This document shows positions 14,479 through 32,998 of a stretch of DNA of 64,000 nt, one piece after another. The position numbers and the translations under genes were made by a program. Origin of the DNA: Salpingoeca rosetta (lineage: Eukaryota; Protista; Choanoflagellata); contig JAWQFM010000010.1 of the NCBI GenBank assembly GCA_033442325.1, positions 1,558,923 to 1,622,922 of the forward strand. The letters run 5' to 3'. The notes below the pieces were generated by a model that saw only the letters and a program-made list of their open reading frames with translations, was not told the DNA's origin and ran no database searches. How positions within the stretch are numbered: the first letter of the stretch is position 1; every line of letters begins with the position of its first letter.

Positions 14479-15578
14479 AAGTGCGCTCACACCTGTTCTG
14501 TTTGCTCAACACATCACAACGTGGAAAGCATGCACACTGTGACCGCAAACACGTACACACACGCACAACACTCTTCACACGCTCAGTCACACACACACTC
14601 ACACACACTCACTCTCTCTCACACACTCACACACACTCTCTCTCTCACACATGTACATGCACACATTGTGGCACAGGTGAGCGCTGACACGCCCGCGCTG
14701 GATGCGAGCGGGACCGCCATGACCGAACACCGGTTCTCAACGCTCTTGCAGACGTTCTCATCGCACGCGTTCTTGAATCTACGCAGCATTCGTCTCTCCG
14801 CCTGCCACATCACAGTGCGTCCACTGCGTGTTCTAATGAAATGGATGAAATATCGCCATTGTCTGCGAGGCTGCTTTTACTCACACCTTGCAATTGCTTG
14901 CTTTTTGTCCTGTGACCCTCATCCTTCCACTGCACACCTTCACGTTGTGTGTGTGTGTGTGTGTGTGCTCAGGTTGCGATGGCCGCCGATGTGTTGCGTG
15001 CGCTGGATGCTAGCACGTGGGCGCGAAGAATCGACCTTGACCTATCGTTCAACCACATTGACACGCGCATGTGTCCACTGCACAGCCGAGATGAAGCAGC
15101 ATCATCGAGCAGCGCCACGACCACTGCAACAATGGCAACGACGAGCAGCACAACGTGCGCGGGTGAAGCGCTGTGGCAAACAGTTGCAGACACGCTCGGG
15201 CGGTTTGCATCGATTGATTTGTCCTACAATCCGATTGCCGACGCGTGCAGGGCACACGCACAACACCGCCTCAATCCATCGTCGTCGCCTGTGTCATCTT
15301 CAGCAGCAGCACTTCAGCCGTCACCATCGGCACCATCAGCGCCCTCGCATTGCATGTTGCCGCGTGCGTTTGTCATCTTGAGTGATGTGCAACAGCTCGA
15401 TGCCAGTCCACACGCGAGTGCACACACCACGTCTTCTTCTTCTTCTTCTTCTTCACAGCAACAGCAGCAACAACGGCGACAGCGAGGGTCACAGCTGCAC
15501 GGCGTGCAGGAGGACAGTCAGGACTTGCATGAAGTTGCAGACAGCATGCTTCGCTGGCTCGAGAGCAACGAGTGGTGA
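4713..15578 (+). CDS. TONSL: Tonsoku-like DNA repair protein (TPR - ankyrin - UBL-like - LRR), multi-exon
   Basis: N-terminal TPR exons (YLQQLHRLKRKAEANNNTAELRQRCCEIA; HRTLADCYARM...EKQRALNNLGTCYLE). Three ankyrin repeats at ~8735-9080 (NEKGETPLQEAA, RDYAGWTPLHDAA, TPLHEAA). LRR exons at ~13490-15230 (LSRLSLASCTIT, LKTLDVSHNAL, LRSIRLSACHIT, IDLDLSFNHID, IDLSYNPI). Stop at 15576-15578. This domain order is typical of TONSL. Confidence 0.88.
12047..12496. other. Assembly gap (N run) between (CA)-rich and (CT)n tracts in a TONSL intron
   Basis: 450 N characters. Confidence 0.99.
14392..14478. repeat. (GTT)n microsatellite in a TONSL intron
   Basis: About 29 uninterrupted GTT units. Confidence 0.95.
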
Positions 15579-16252
15579 TTGTGTGTGTGTGTGTGTGTGT
15601 GATTGTATCTGTGTGTGTGTTGCTGGTATCGCTGTGTGAATGTGTACCTCCGTGTTGTTTGTATCGCTGTGTGTGTGTGTGTTGCTGTTATCGCTGTGTG
15701 AGTGTGAGTGTGATTGTGCATAGCGCCCCAAACCCGCCATGCTTGCGTTGGTCCCATTTCTTGTCGGGGCTAGGTCTTCGAGGAGTGTTCCATTTTGAAT
15801 CAGGCTTCCATATCCAAATTGAACAATAACAGGCGAACGCGGCACGGGTCATTCGCGTTGAGCACACAAGCGAAACAGAAGCAGAACACACAGACAGACA
15901 AGAGAGAAAGGGAGGGATTCAAGGCCAAGCACGCATGATGGCAGGGTGGGTGTGTTGCACTGTGTAACACTTCAACAGCACCTGAATTCACCCCATAAAG
16001 TAAACAGCAATAACTAATGCACAGATGTAACCAAGCAAGGAGAAGGGTGCAAGCGGTGGCGGTGATGCAATTCAGACCTCAGGTGAGGACACCATCCCAT
16101 TGGTGCCACAAGGGCGTCTCACTGGCATCATCACATCAGTCCCACAGTGGCATCACAACACCAGCATCGAAACAGCAGCACGCAGCGTCATCGCCACCAC
16201 AGTACGTGCAGTGGCACGACATGTTGCTGCTTTTGTTTGTTTGCCAGTTGGG

Positions 16253-18591
16253 CTACGGGAAGATGAGACGGTCGCGTGAGGTAATGACGTCACGGCACCA
16301 CGGGCACGTGTCGGAGATTTCCTCCACACACTGCGAACAGATGCAGTGGCCGCAGTTGAGGCGGATGTTCACGGGCCTGCGGACAAGCGTTGCATTGCGA
16401 GCGAGTGTGGGTGTGAACGTGTTGCAATGGGCGCAAGCGTGGGGAGTGGAGTGTGTGTTGATGGGTTAAAGGGGGTGACCACAGGTCTTCTCAGTGAGAC
16501 AAAAAAAAACGTGTCGGCAGAACTGTTTCCACACCACAAAGACGAACACACATGCACACACATGCACACACATGCATGCACATGCAAGTAAAACGCACCT
16601 TGCCACGCAAATCTTGCACAGAAGGTCCTCGTCATCATCGTCGTCGTTGCCGTCACCACCATCCACCTCAATCGGTGGAGCAGAGGGACCACCACCCTCA
16701 CCACCACCAGTAGTGTTGTTGTTGCTGTTGTCGTTGTTGCGACGGCGTGTGCGCGTGCTGCTGCTGCTGTTGTTGTCATCGGTGCTGGTTGACCTGTACT
16801 GCACCTGGTGGAAGAAGAGGAGCGGCTGCACGTTGTTTTCGTCGGAGATGAGGCCGCCTGCCTCCTCGGGGTCGCGCACCGACGGAAGACCAAAGTGCAG
16901 TGACGCGTACGACACGAGCACAAGCACGACCAGGAACAGGATGCACCCGGCCAGCCGTGAGGCGGAGAGGATGGCCAGGTTGGTGGTCATGGGGTTGCAC
17001 ACGCCGTCAATCACGCGCTTGTAAGTCGGCCAAAACGTGGCGCAGTCGACGCTTGCCGCCACCTTTGGCCTGCATGAACACGGGCGCGAGCACAAATACG
17101 AATTGGGCAGAGGGCAAGCACGGTGAGCAACCACAAGCGCTTCCTACACAACGCAGTGCAATGTGCAAACAAACAAACAAACAAACAAACAAACAAACAA
17201 AATAACAAAATAACAAACAAACAAAATAACAAACAAAATAACAAACAAACAAACAAACAAACAAACAAACAAACAAACAAACAAACAAACAAACAAACAA
17301 ACAAACAAACAAACAAACAAACAGAAGACAAACGAAACTGACAGCTGCTGTTGTAGGTCGTTAAGCCCTTGTTGCAGAGCGATTGCCGCGGATTGAAACT
17401 GTGGTGCGTTCTCACGCGTGTAGTTCACCACCAGCTGTGCCGCCAACACCCCCTCCTGCGCCTCGCTCTGGGCCTGTCAGATGCGGCTCAACATGAGGTG
17501 TATGCCAACAACCCAAAAAAAAAAAAAACGGTGCACAAACATGCGTATGCATCCATTGCATTTTGGATGGGGTTGCACATCAACACATCACATCCATGCG
17601 CGTTCACCTGGTTGATGTCTGGCTGAAACGGACTGGTGGTGTTGCAGAACAGATAATACGACACATACGCATCGTCCTCCGCAAACTGACAAACCAAGAC
17701 CGTGGATGATGAGACGAGGTGGACGCAGACAAGGTGTGAGCTGAGGAGATGGCGCAGAGTGAAAAGTGCTCGCAGCGCATGAACATGCCAGAGTGCATGA
17801 AGATGTCAGAGAGATGCGCTCCCACGCACGACAACGGGTTGTGGCAGCTGATCATGCACATACGCGCCGCACAAACCTGGTGGATGAGGAAGGTGGTGGG
17901 CTTCATGCACACGTCGGAAACGCCAACGGCGGCCGCGCTCTCAATACCAACAACGGCAGAGAGGATGACGAGACAGATGGCACCTGGTGCACGCGGTGGT
18001 GGTGATTGAGTGGTGATTGAGTGTGAGGTGGTGTGGTGTGGTGTGTTGACACCGGCAGTGGCATGGGGCAATGCACAGAACAAAGCCATACACATACAAA
18101 GGAATAGACACATTACACCTCTGCACAAGATAAACAAACAAACAAACAAACAAACAAACAAACTCCCAGACACAACTTGTGGACGCAGATGAGCATGTGC
18201 AAACAAGAGCGCGCGCACGCACTGATGATGATGGATGTGATGAGTTGACAGTAGCTGCGGCAGGCCAGGGCCACCAGCAAGAGAATGAGCGCAAAAACAG
18301 CAAAGGCGACGAGGCCAAACTCGGCAATAGAGCGGTAGTGGTTGTATGTCCGCGCATCCGAATAGAACGAGTCAAACTGTACATGACAATACCAAGGCAC
18401 AAGCAAGCAAAATGAGCAACGAGAGGGGCGAGTTTTGGCCCGGGGGGGGAGGGGAGGTGAGAGAAGAAAGGGATGGGAAGGGTGTGGGGGAAAGGTGACG
18501 GATGTGAGAACGGCGAAAAATACAAGAGTCAGTGAGTGTAAAAGCTCAAGCACGCCGTGCTGCTTCCAAAACACGCACACACACACACACG

Positions 18592-18647
<56 letters not shown>

Positions 18648-19458
18648 CACGCACACACACCCACACACACGCGCGCGCGCGCGCACGCACACACACACAC
18701 CTCGAAAGTGGGTGCGGATCGCACGACCGAAGAGAGGGAAGACTGAAACGTCTGTGTGCCGGACACAATGTCCTGGAGTGCTCGTTGCACGTCCTGTGGC
18801 GCACTTGCCTATTGGTGTTTTTGGTGCAACGAACAGTGCAGTCAAGTGTGCGGTGTTGTGTCAGTGGCGGAGCAGAAGCAGAAGATAACACGAAGGTTGA
18901 ACCACTGGTGGAATTCAGGCGCAGACACGCGCACGCATGAGCACGAAACCTCCCCCCCCCCCGAGTCATACCAGGTCACGCTGCAGGCGTTGTGCCATGT
19001 TGAGCGGGTCCGTGGCGTCAGAACCAAGGTTTGAGACGGAGGTCAGCGCCTTGTTGTACTTGTTGTCCAGGCGCTCGACGTGTGAAATGGTGTCTGTCAC
19101 GGCATCCGTGGTCTCCACGTTTGCATAGATGCACGCCACCATCAATAGACTGCATGGAGGGCGTGGGGATGGGCAAGAGATTTGGGGGGGGGGAGGAAAC
19201 AGGGTGAGAGACGAGCAGGTTGAGTGGGGGGGAGGCAACACCAATGCGAATTCGACAGCACGCACACAGAGAGGAGAGAAAGAAAGAGAGACGCAGACAC
19301 ACACGGAGTAGAGAGAAAGAGAGACGCAGACACACACGGAGGAGAGAGAGAGAGAGACGCAGACACACACGGAGGAGAGAGAGAGAGAGACACGCAGACA
19401 CACACGGAGGAGAGAGAGAGAGACACGCAGACACACACGGAGGAGAGAGAGAGAGAGA

Positions 19459-19522
<64 letters not shown>

Positions 19523-19915
19523 AACAAACAAACAAACAAACAAACAGACTCACATGGCAGAGATGCCGAGGGTGACGGCGGCGATTTTGAGCTTGCGAAA
19601 CCTGCGCAGCTGTGTGTAGTACGAGTTGGTGCGGTCCCACCGCCGACTGCAGTTGCAACACAGCACAATGAGCACGGCAATGATGCCCAGGACGCTTGCG
19701 GCGAGGAAGATGCCCGCGATGATCACCAGCGACGTGTAGTACTCCTCATTCTGCGGGTTGAACGCGCCTTGCGTGGGTACGTCGACGGGCGCAAAGTCGG
19801 ACTTCAAGTGCAGCCACGAATGGAAGAAGCGCACCAAGCTCGAAGGCGCCAACTCCCCTCCCTGTCCTCCAGCTTGGGACAGAGCGAAGGAAGAAGGAAT
19901 CCACCCTTCTCTCAT
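16253..19915 (-). CDS. Tweety-family (TTYH-like) multi-pass membrane protein with a C-terminal C3HC4 RING finger (paralog A)
   Basis: N-terminus PSSLVRFFHSWLHL...FNPQNEEYYTSL followed by TM1. Tweety-like segments AAAVGVSDVCMKP, YVSYYLFCNTTSPFQ and DCATFWPTYKRVIDGVC precede the last TM. The tail splices across intron 16377-16598 to CKICVAR|PVNIRLNCGHCICSQCVEEISDTCPWCRDVITSRDRLIFP*. Confidence 0.85.
17166..17322. repeat. (AAAC)n microsatellite in an intron of Tweety paralog A
   Basis: Long AAAC array with AAATAAC variants. Confidence 0.95.
19270..19460. repeat. ~30-bp compound tandem repeat (GAGAGACGCAGACACACACGGAG...) in an intron of Tweety paralog A
   Basis: About five degenerate copies. 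Confidence 0.85.
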
Positions 19916-20892
19916 CGTTCCACTCAGCACAACACAGCAGCAAGGACAAGGACAAGGCACTGACAACAAGCAACAAGCCAGTTGGTGGTGGTGGGTGGTG
20001 CAGTGGGTGGTCTTGGCCGTTTGCTTTCGGGAATGAATGCTGTGTGTGGCGGTGGAACTCGACGACACAAACGCACAGCAGAAACAAAGCAAAGAAACCG
20101 CGTTGTCCTTCCTGCCTTCTCCAAACCAAACAGATGAGAAATTTATCGTAAATCTTCGGTAAACCATGTACATTATCGCGATGAGTCATCGTTCGCGGCG
20201 GTTTGCCGCGAAACTTTTGACAGCTTCTTGCAGTCCTGCTTGTTGCGGTTGTGGAGTGTCGTAGCGTGCAGCATGTAGTGTCGTGCTCTGTTGTGCTTTG
20301 GTTGTGCTCGAGTGCTCTCAGTAACACTCTCTGATGGTTTGTCTGCACCTCAACAGCTCAACGTTGTTCCTTTGTCATGCTCTTGGAGGTAACTCTCCAC
20401 CTCCCTCCCTCATCTCTTCCCTGCGCTCGTCCTCGCGCCCACCACCACCTTCTCTGGCATTGCAACAAAACAAAAAACAAGCCACGGCCGCGTGGTATCT
20501 GTATTTCAGGCTTCAGGTAACAGGAACAGTGGAAAGCTGCAAGTGAAGTTGAGATTTAGAACTGCAGAGCGGGATGACGAGAGGGGATGAGTACTTGAGT
20601 AGGAGTGGATCTTGGAATGGGCCTCGGGGGCCTCCTCATGTTGCAACAGGGGTGGAGAAAAGGCAAGGGAAGAATGGGGAGGCGGGGCGGACGGCTGCAC
20701 TTCGAGCGAAGAGGCATTAATCTTAGGACACAGACAGTAGGACGCAGAGAAACAAGGTCCTCTGTTGTAGAACGGTACAGTGCTCCAGGACTTCGTAACA
20801 CTCGCGCCCTCAATCATATTTGGGCGCTAGAAACTAGAAAGTGAGTGACCCACGACTCACGGGTCACGGCTCACACTTGCTTCTCAGCCCCC

Positions 20893-25548
<4,656 letters not shown>

Positions 25549-26152
25549 CTTCCTTGTCTTGTTTGGCCTTAATGTTATTCAAAACGCGCGACGACACGGG
25601 GAAAAGAAAAGGTGCAACGCGCGCGCGCCTCTGATGTGGTCGTTGTGCTGAAGACAGGAATACAGGAACAAGGGAACAGGGACAGCACAAGAGAGAGGAG
25701 CAGCCGTATGCCAAGGAAAGCACGTTGAGTGGTTTGTGCTTGTGTTTGTGTTTGTGTTTGCCTTGATTTGTGTGACTTCATGCATGCGCAGGTGTTTTGC
25801 TTGAATACATATGTGGTTTTGTGGTTTGAATTGTGCATCACCGTGCGTTTGTGCTGTGCGCATCGCTATATCACTCCCCGAGCTTCCACCCTCCTACTCT
25901 CCTGTTCTCCTCCTCACCATGTCGCCGACACGGGTCAGCTTACCTGTCGTGCGGATGAAACACGGTAGAATGTGTTTGTCGACGAATACAGCCTGTCTGC
26001 ACACAGTTGCATGAAGTGCCTGCTGTGTGAGGGATAGAGGAACAGAACCAACCGCTGCGATTGCACCTGTGAAAGAAATGGATGCGACACACAGGAAAGC
26101 AAGCGAGTAGGCAGCAAAGCTGGACACACACACACAGACACACACAGACGCA

Positions 26153-26195
<43 letters not shown>

Positions 26196-26811
26196 ACACA
26201 GACGCAGGCAGACGCACCCGGCTTGCCTTGCTTCCTTCCTTGTTTGCCTGCAGGCAAGCTCAAGAGTTTTGAGAAGGAGAGTCCCAGACGGAACAGGAGG
26301 AGCGCAGCAAAGCTTTGCCCCTCCCAGCAACACGCGCCCACCCGTTCGTTCTCCAGTGGCATTTTGCTGTGTCACACCTTGGGGTCGACGAAATTTAGTT
26401 AATGTTTTTATTTAATTTTCTACATGGCACATGTGGCGCGCATGTGCTTTTGCCTCATGATTCCGGGTGGGTCTTTTCCAGATTGAAGGTCAGGGCAACG
26501 TGTCATGTGTCACGTCACATGTCACACAGTAAATTATGTCACAACATGCCACTCAGGGTTGTTTATTGCTTAGCCTGCTTGGCGTTCACAAGGATGACAG
26601 GGTAGACATGGCATTGTGTCAATGATGGGATGGGAAACCACAGCAGAGACACACAAGCGAGCATGCGAGCTAGCAAGCAACAAGAACACCAATCAGGCGA
26701 GGTGGTGCAAAGTAATGTCATGTAACCCCCCCCCACACACAAAGGCACAGCAGCACAACAGAACAACAGCTGCGAGCCCGCAGACGCAGCGCCGGGTAAT
26801 GCAGCATCATT

Positions 26812-27350
26812 TCATTCGTATGATTCATTGTCGACGTTGTCAGCGTCATCATCATCGACATAGTCGTCCCCGTAATCACCAGCATCCATTGCATCATCAC
26901 CACCCTCCTCGTCGTTGTCGTCGTCGTCGTCATCATCATCATCAACCTCAATCAAGTCCACATCCCCAACCGCACGCCCGTTCTCGGCATCGCCCTCATC
27001 GTCATCCTCCTCATCCCCCTCGTCATCATCTTCCTCATCGTCAGGACGAACGCGCACGCGCACGGCTGCTGGCGTTCGTCTGTGTGGCTTGCGGCGGCGC
27101 TCGTGCTGGTGTTGGGCCTCGGCAACTTGCTCGTCAAAGGCGGAGGTTGGCGCGGATGCTTCACCTTGCGGCTGATGTCGTGGCCTCCCCTTGCCTCCTT
27201 CCTCCGTTCCCTTATGCACCGCAAACAGCGCCTCATCCACTCGCCGATGCTGTTCGAGAGAATGTGCGCGAATGTGTGTGTGTATACATGTGGGTGCAGG
27301 GGAACAGCAAGGAGATCAGCGGAACGGCCGGGGGCCAACATAGTGTGTGT

Positions 27351-27392
<42 letters not shown>

Positions 27393-29175
27393 GTGTGTGC
27401 ATCATGAAGTGCACGCGTCCACATGCGTGATTGTTGCTGTTGTCCTGTGTGAGCAGAGCGCGTTAGTAAGCAAGCACACCAGAGCCACCACTAGCACCAG
27501 CACCAGCATTTCCGAGCCGTTGCATACCTGTGAAGCACATGCCTCCAGCCACTTGAGGTAGACTACGTGGACACCGCCCATCTTGCGGGCCTGTCGGACC
27601 TTGTCTGTGCCGTCGACGCGTGCAACCACATGCGTCACACGCTCGTCCACCTGGTTGCGGCGGTGGAACACACACGTGAGCTCGACAGCTGCTTGCGCAG
27701 ACGGCTTTGGGGAGGCACTGATACATGACGCAGAAGGAAAAAGGGGCGGAGGAGAGAGAGAGGGAGAAGCAGGGGGAGCAGAAACACACATGGGCACCTC
27801 CACACCCACAACTAACACAGAACACGCAACACGTGCAAAACACACGTGCACATGTACATGAACCTGGTCAACGACGACGGCGCCCATGTTGACGGCCATT
27901 CGCCAGGCGGGGTGCGTGTAGGCGCTCTGCCCACGCGGTATCACGCCCGTGAACACGATTCTCACGCCTTCCAAGATCCTGAAATGACAGCCAGGAATGC
28001 GCATTTAGCTGGGGAAGAACCAGCACACCCACCAACACACACACGCACACACACGCACGCACACACACACACACACGCACGCACACACACGCACACACAC
28101 GCACGCACGCACGCACACACACACACACACACACACACATAAACGGGTGCAAAGTTGCACCATGTACCATGGCGGGTAGTGTGGGAACTTGCGGTGAAGG
28201 CGAGGGAGAATTGCCTTTGTGCTGGGCGCAACACCATCCTGAGCCAATACACATCAAGGGGCAACATCACGAAAGCAAGAAGGGTGAGGTGACTACAGGT
28301 AGACGGTTGGTCGGGAGAGGGACGAGGATGTCGCAGCACACGCCAACAATTAAAAAATGATGCACACACACAACATGCATGCACGCCACCCCCACCCACA
28401 CCCACACCCACACACACACGCTCACCCGGTCGTAGGCGTGGAAGAAGGAGGTGCAGATCTCCTTGCAGATGTCTGTGACGGTCTTCAAGTGCGCATCTGT
28501 GTCCTCGTGGGGGCGAAGACGCGGCTGCCGCTGCACGCGCCACTCCGGCCCGCCGAGCTTCGATGCCAGGCGGGACAGCACCGCATGGTCGTCGCTCTCC
28601 TGATGTGTGTGTGTGTGTGTGCGTGTGTGTGAGGGTGTATGGCAGGAAGGGGGAAGGGTATGACGTGGATACGGCGCAGTGACAGCAAGAAGCGCGGCAG
28701 TGGCTGGAAATCAAAGGGAATGCGGTGAACAGGCCCGTGCACGGTGTGGCAAGGAAAAAGGCAGCCAACTTCAAAAAAACAAGCACGCACACCTGTCCCT
28801 CCACCAACATGTCGTCACCAACACCACATCGCAATGTAGCAGCGGTGACTCACGTCCTTCCATGGCCCAACAGGTGTGAGCTGGCGGGCCATACGGAGGA
28901 GGAGACATGCCTCCGTCAGCTCCACACACCGCAGCCGGCTCAGCAGCACCTCCTCTACAAACCAGATGGACATTGGTGAGAGGAGACGGGGGGGGGGGGA
29001 AGGGGAGATGAGGGGGCCGGGGAGCCTCGGTGAGGTTCGGGCGGTGATGGAAAGCAGGTCACATACCGCGACGCAACGAGGCAAAGCGTGCACAGAGAAG
29101 CAAGTGCACATACACGTGGAATAAGCGTCGTACACACACAGACACACGCACACAGACAGAGACAGAGAGACAGAC

Positions 29176-29206
<31 letters not shown>

Positions 29207-30891
29207 CACACACACACACACACAGACAGACAGACACAAGCACACGCACGCACCGATGCCCTTTGCGCCGAGGGTTCGAACAATGTTTGCAATCCACCGG
29301 CCCATGTGGATGCGATACCCGCCCTTGTCAACCCGCTCAATTCGTGCCAGACATGAAATCTGCCGCAGGAGATGGAGACGCAGGCGCTCCAAGTGGCACG
29401 GCGCACCATCTTCGCCATAATCGCCATCAATGGGCAGTGCAAACAGAACAAGCTCAAAGGTGCAGCCTGCAGGGGCACGCGGTGACGGTGCAGCCTGCCG
29501 CGCCTCTGTTGTACGCAATGCAGCAGGCATAGGTGGTGACAATGTCTGGGCACTCGTGGCAGCGCTGCTGTGGTGTTGCTGTTGCTGTTGCTGTTGCTGC
29601 TTGTCCTCTCGTTCACCCGTGCCTGTATCTTGTCCACCATGACCGGTACCTTCTGCTGGTGTGTGCTTTGCCTGCTTCGACGGTGGCTGGCTCTCATCTC
29701 CACGCTCCCGCGCATCACGATGACTGCCCACACCACCACCTGCTGAGGAAGAGCTCGTGACGGCAGACGGTGCCCAATGCTGCTGTTGTTGTTGATGCTG
29801 CTGAGCACGGTGGCGTGGCCGCCTGCGCTTGTACTTTGGCGCACCGCCACCGCCACCACCACCGCTGGTGCTTGCGGCTGACGATGATGCAGCAGCTGTT
29901 GGTGTTGGCGCTGCACCCTGTGCACCGCCACCGCCGGACTGTCCGTCCGCCTTCACGGGCAGCAGGCGGAACACGCAGTGCAGACCGCGAAACGCGGCGT
30001 GCACGAGCGAGATGGCCGCTCGCAGCTCCTGCGAAATCAAATCCTGCGCATGTGCATCGGGATCGCGCGGAGCTGTCAAGACACATGTGTACATGTGTGT
30101 GCGTGCGTGTGTGTGTGTGTGTGTGTGCGTGTGCGTCAGTACGTGAAAGTGTGTTGATGTGTGTGAGTGTGTGTGCGTGTGTGTGAGTGTGTGTGTGTGT
30201 GTGCGAGTGCGTGTGCGTGTGTGAAAATATCGGCGTGCGCCTTTGAGCCTTTGAAAGTGAGCAAAATGTCACCCATATAATCGCAACACACGCAACAAAC
30301 TGCCACCAGCACGTTGCTGCTGCTCACCTTGATCATTCTTCCTCGCCGTCTCTGCGGTGGCAACGGCGTCTCTGTTCCACATCTCAATCAGCTGTGGTGG
30401 CGGCGGCGATTGTGGTGTCAGTGATGATGTTGGGTCAGGTAAGAGTGGCACTACATACAACAGTGTTTCGAAAGGCTACCCTCCCCTCCTCCTCCTCCTC
30501 ACAACCACCACCACTGACCGTGCACAAGCGCTGCGTGATGCCCAATCCCTTGCACGTCGCCTGCATGTCTTCGATAGCCGTTGCCGACTGCCACTCGTAA
30601 CGCTCGCGTGCATCCAAACACAGCGCGTACGCAAGCGCATCCCCCGTCGTCTTTGTATTTGCATGGGACATTGCAATATGAGCATCAGCGCGGGCGCGGG
30701 TATGTGTGTGTGTGTGTGTGTGCAAGTGTGTGTGTGTGTGCGTGCAAGTGTGTACGCACACAAAGATGTGCATGAGAGTGTGTAACTATATCACAGACCT
30801 GGTCAAACCCTGCGCCAGTGAATTCGTGGGCGAGGTCGCTCGGAAATGCAATCTGATTGGAGTATTTCGTCCTGCCACAGACAGTCCACAG

Positions 30892-30943
<52 letters not shown>

Positions 30944-32717
30944 CAAGACGTGCATGTGTACAATACAGAGAGCCATCGGAGCGGGTGGATGAGGCAAGTG
31001 CCAGGTCATAGGAGGTGACCCTTAGGTAAGAAGCACGTAGGCGCAATTGCATGAAGCACGTGCGTGCTCAAACCTTCGATGCGCTGCGTGCAGTTTTGCT
31101 GTTGTCGCTTTCGCCTCCGCCCTGCCGTCGGTGTCAGTGTGTGTGTGCGTGTGTGTGAGTGTGAGTGAGTGTGCCTCCGTTTTGTGTGTTGAGCGTGAGC
31201 TGGTATGCTTGCGTATCCAGATGCTGGTGGCTGTACATTTGGGAGACGTTGACGTTGACTTCGTCGAGCATTTGGAAGTAATCGTATGGCGCAGCCTGTT
31301 AACACACGCAGGGGGCGATGAAGCGGCAGCAATGTGATGATGGTGGCACTGAATATGGCCTACGTACTTGTCGTTCAGCAGGAAGAAACGAGTAACAACA
31401 CATACACACTAAGCACACACGCATACGCACTCAGCACAAACAACGCACACAACGCTCACAAACACACAGCAAGTAATGCAAGCAGGGCTGTGCGTGCGCG
31501 CGTGCACTCACGGGGATGAGGTTTGGGCGGAAGTCCCACATTGCGGCGGTGTCGTCCAAGATGACTACCATGTCATCGCCGCGCGGGAACAGGTGGTTCA
31601 GATTCTGAACGCGCAGAGGGAACCACAACCAGAAGGAAACAAGAGACAGAGAGAAAGGGGAGGGGGGGGGGGCAAAGGGGCCACACATACGCATACACAC
31701 GTGTGCGTGTGTGTATGCGTGTGTGCGAGAAGAGCGTGAGGTGCGAGTGCATGTTTGTGTTCGTCTACACGTGTGCACAACCAACGCCATATTACATAGT
31801 GCACATGATGTAATGAGACGTACGATGCTCTTGGTGTCGATACGGGCGCTCTCGTCCTGTGTGAGGATGCGTGTGGAGAAGTAGTGTGCGCCAGGATCAA
31901 TGATGCTGACGTGTCGCGTGGTGACGAGAAGGGGGGGGGGAGAGGGAGGGACAATGCATACGTAATCGATGTCGGTGAGAACGGTTGCAGGCCACACGTG
32001 AACACACGCACGCGCGTGCACACACACACACACACACACATACACGAACGAACGCACACACACACACACACATTTACAGATACACACACACACATACACG
32101 CAGACACATGTCCACGAACGCACACATCTCAACAGGTGTTGGAGCTCACTTGCAGATCTCCTTTGCATATGCGCGTGTGCCCATGGTGTACACATGCAGC
32201 TCATACATGTCCTTTACGGCCTCCAGGAACTCTGCACAGATGTGAATGTGTGGGTGTCATTGTGCATGTGTTGGAGGTCGCAGGGGCAAGCGCGTCCTTA
32301 ATCAGCACCTCCACATTAAGTGCACTTGCTGTGTCGCAATCACACACACAGCCACACACACACAGCCACACACACAGCCATACACAGAGACACACACACA
32401 CACACACACACAGACAGATAGACACACACACAGACACGCACACGCACGCACTCCCCAGCACCACAGCCAACCTTTGACGCCCGGCCTGATCTTGGTATAG
32501 TAGAAGCGCGGGTCGCCGCCGATCTGGAACTGAACAGCGAGGAAGGTGTCAGAGTTGAGGTGTGAGTTGTTGCGAGGGCTGCAAGTTGCAAGTTATGCGG
32601 GGTTGACGTGTAACGCCAGGCAGCAGAAGTCAGACACTGTGCGATGCTTGTGCACACAACTGACAAAGTGGATGTCGTCGCAGCCGTTTCTGATCCAGTT
32701 CTGCACCACGCGATTGG
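26812..32717 (-). CDS. CTDP1: RNA polymerase II CTD phosphatase FCP1/CTDP1, 5'-partial (DxDxT exon not found)
   Basis: FCPH exons [44 protein letters not shown] and [14 protein letters not shown]...W. BRCT exons [14 protein letters not shown] and [17 protein letters not shown]...VYLKWLEAC. Acidic tail ends at the stop 26812-26814. Confidence 0.9.
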
Positions 32718-32924
32718 CTGCACGCACGCGGGGCAGGGAAGAGTACACGTTTGGAACACGAAGAGCGATGTAGACGACAGTTCAGGGTTGGTTGGGCGGT
32801 CGGGGATGTCAAGGGGGCAAGTGAAAGGCAAGGGGGCAGGGAACAACGCGAACAAACAGGCAGACACAGACAGACACAGACACAAAGACACACACACACA
32901 CACACGCATACTCGCACACAGACA

Positions 32925-32998
<74 letters not shown>

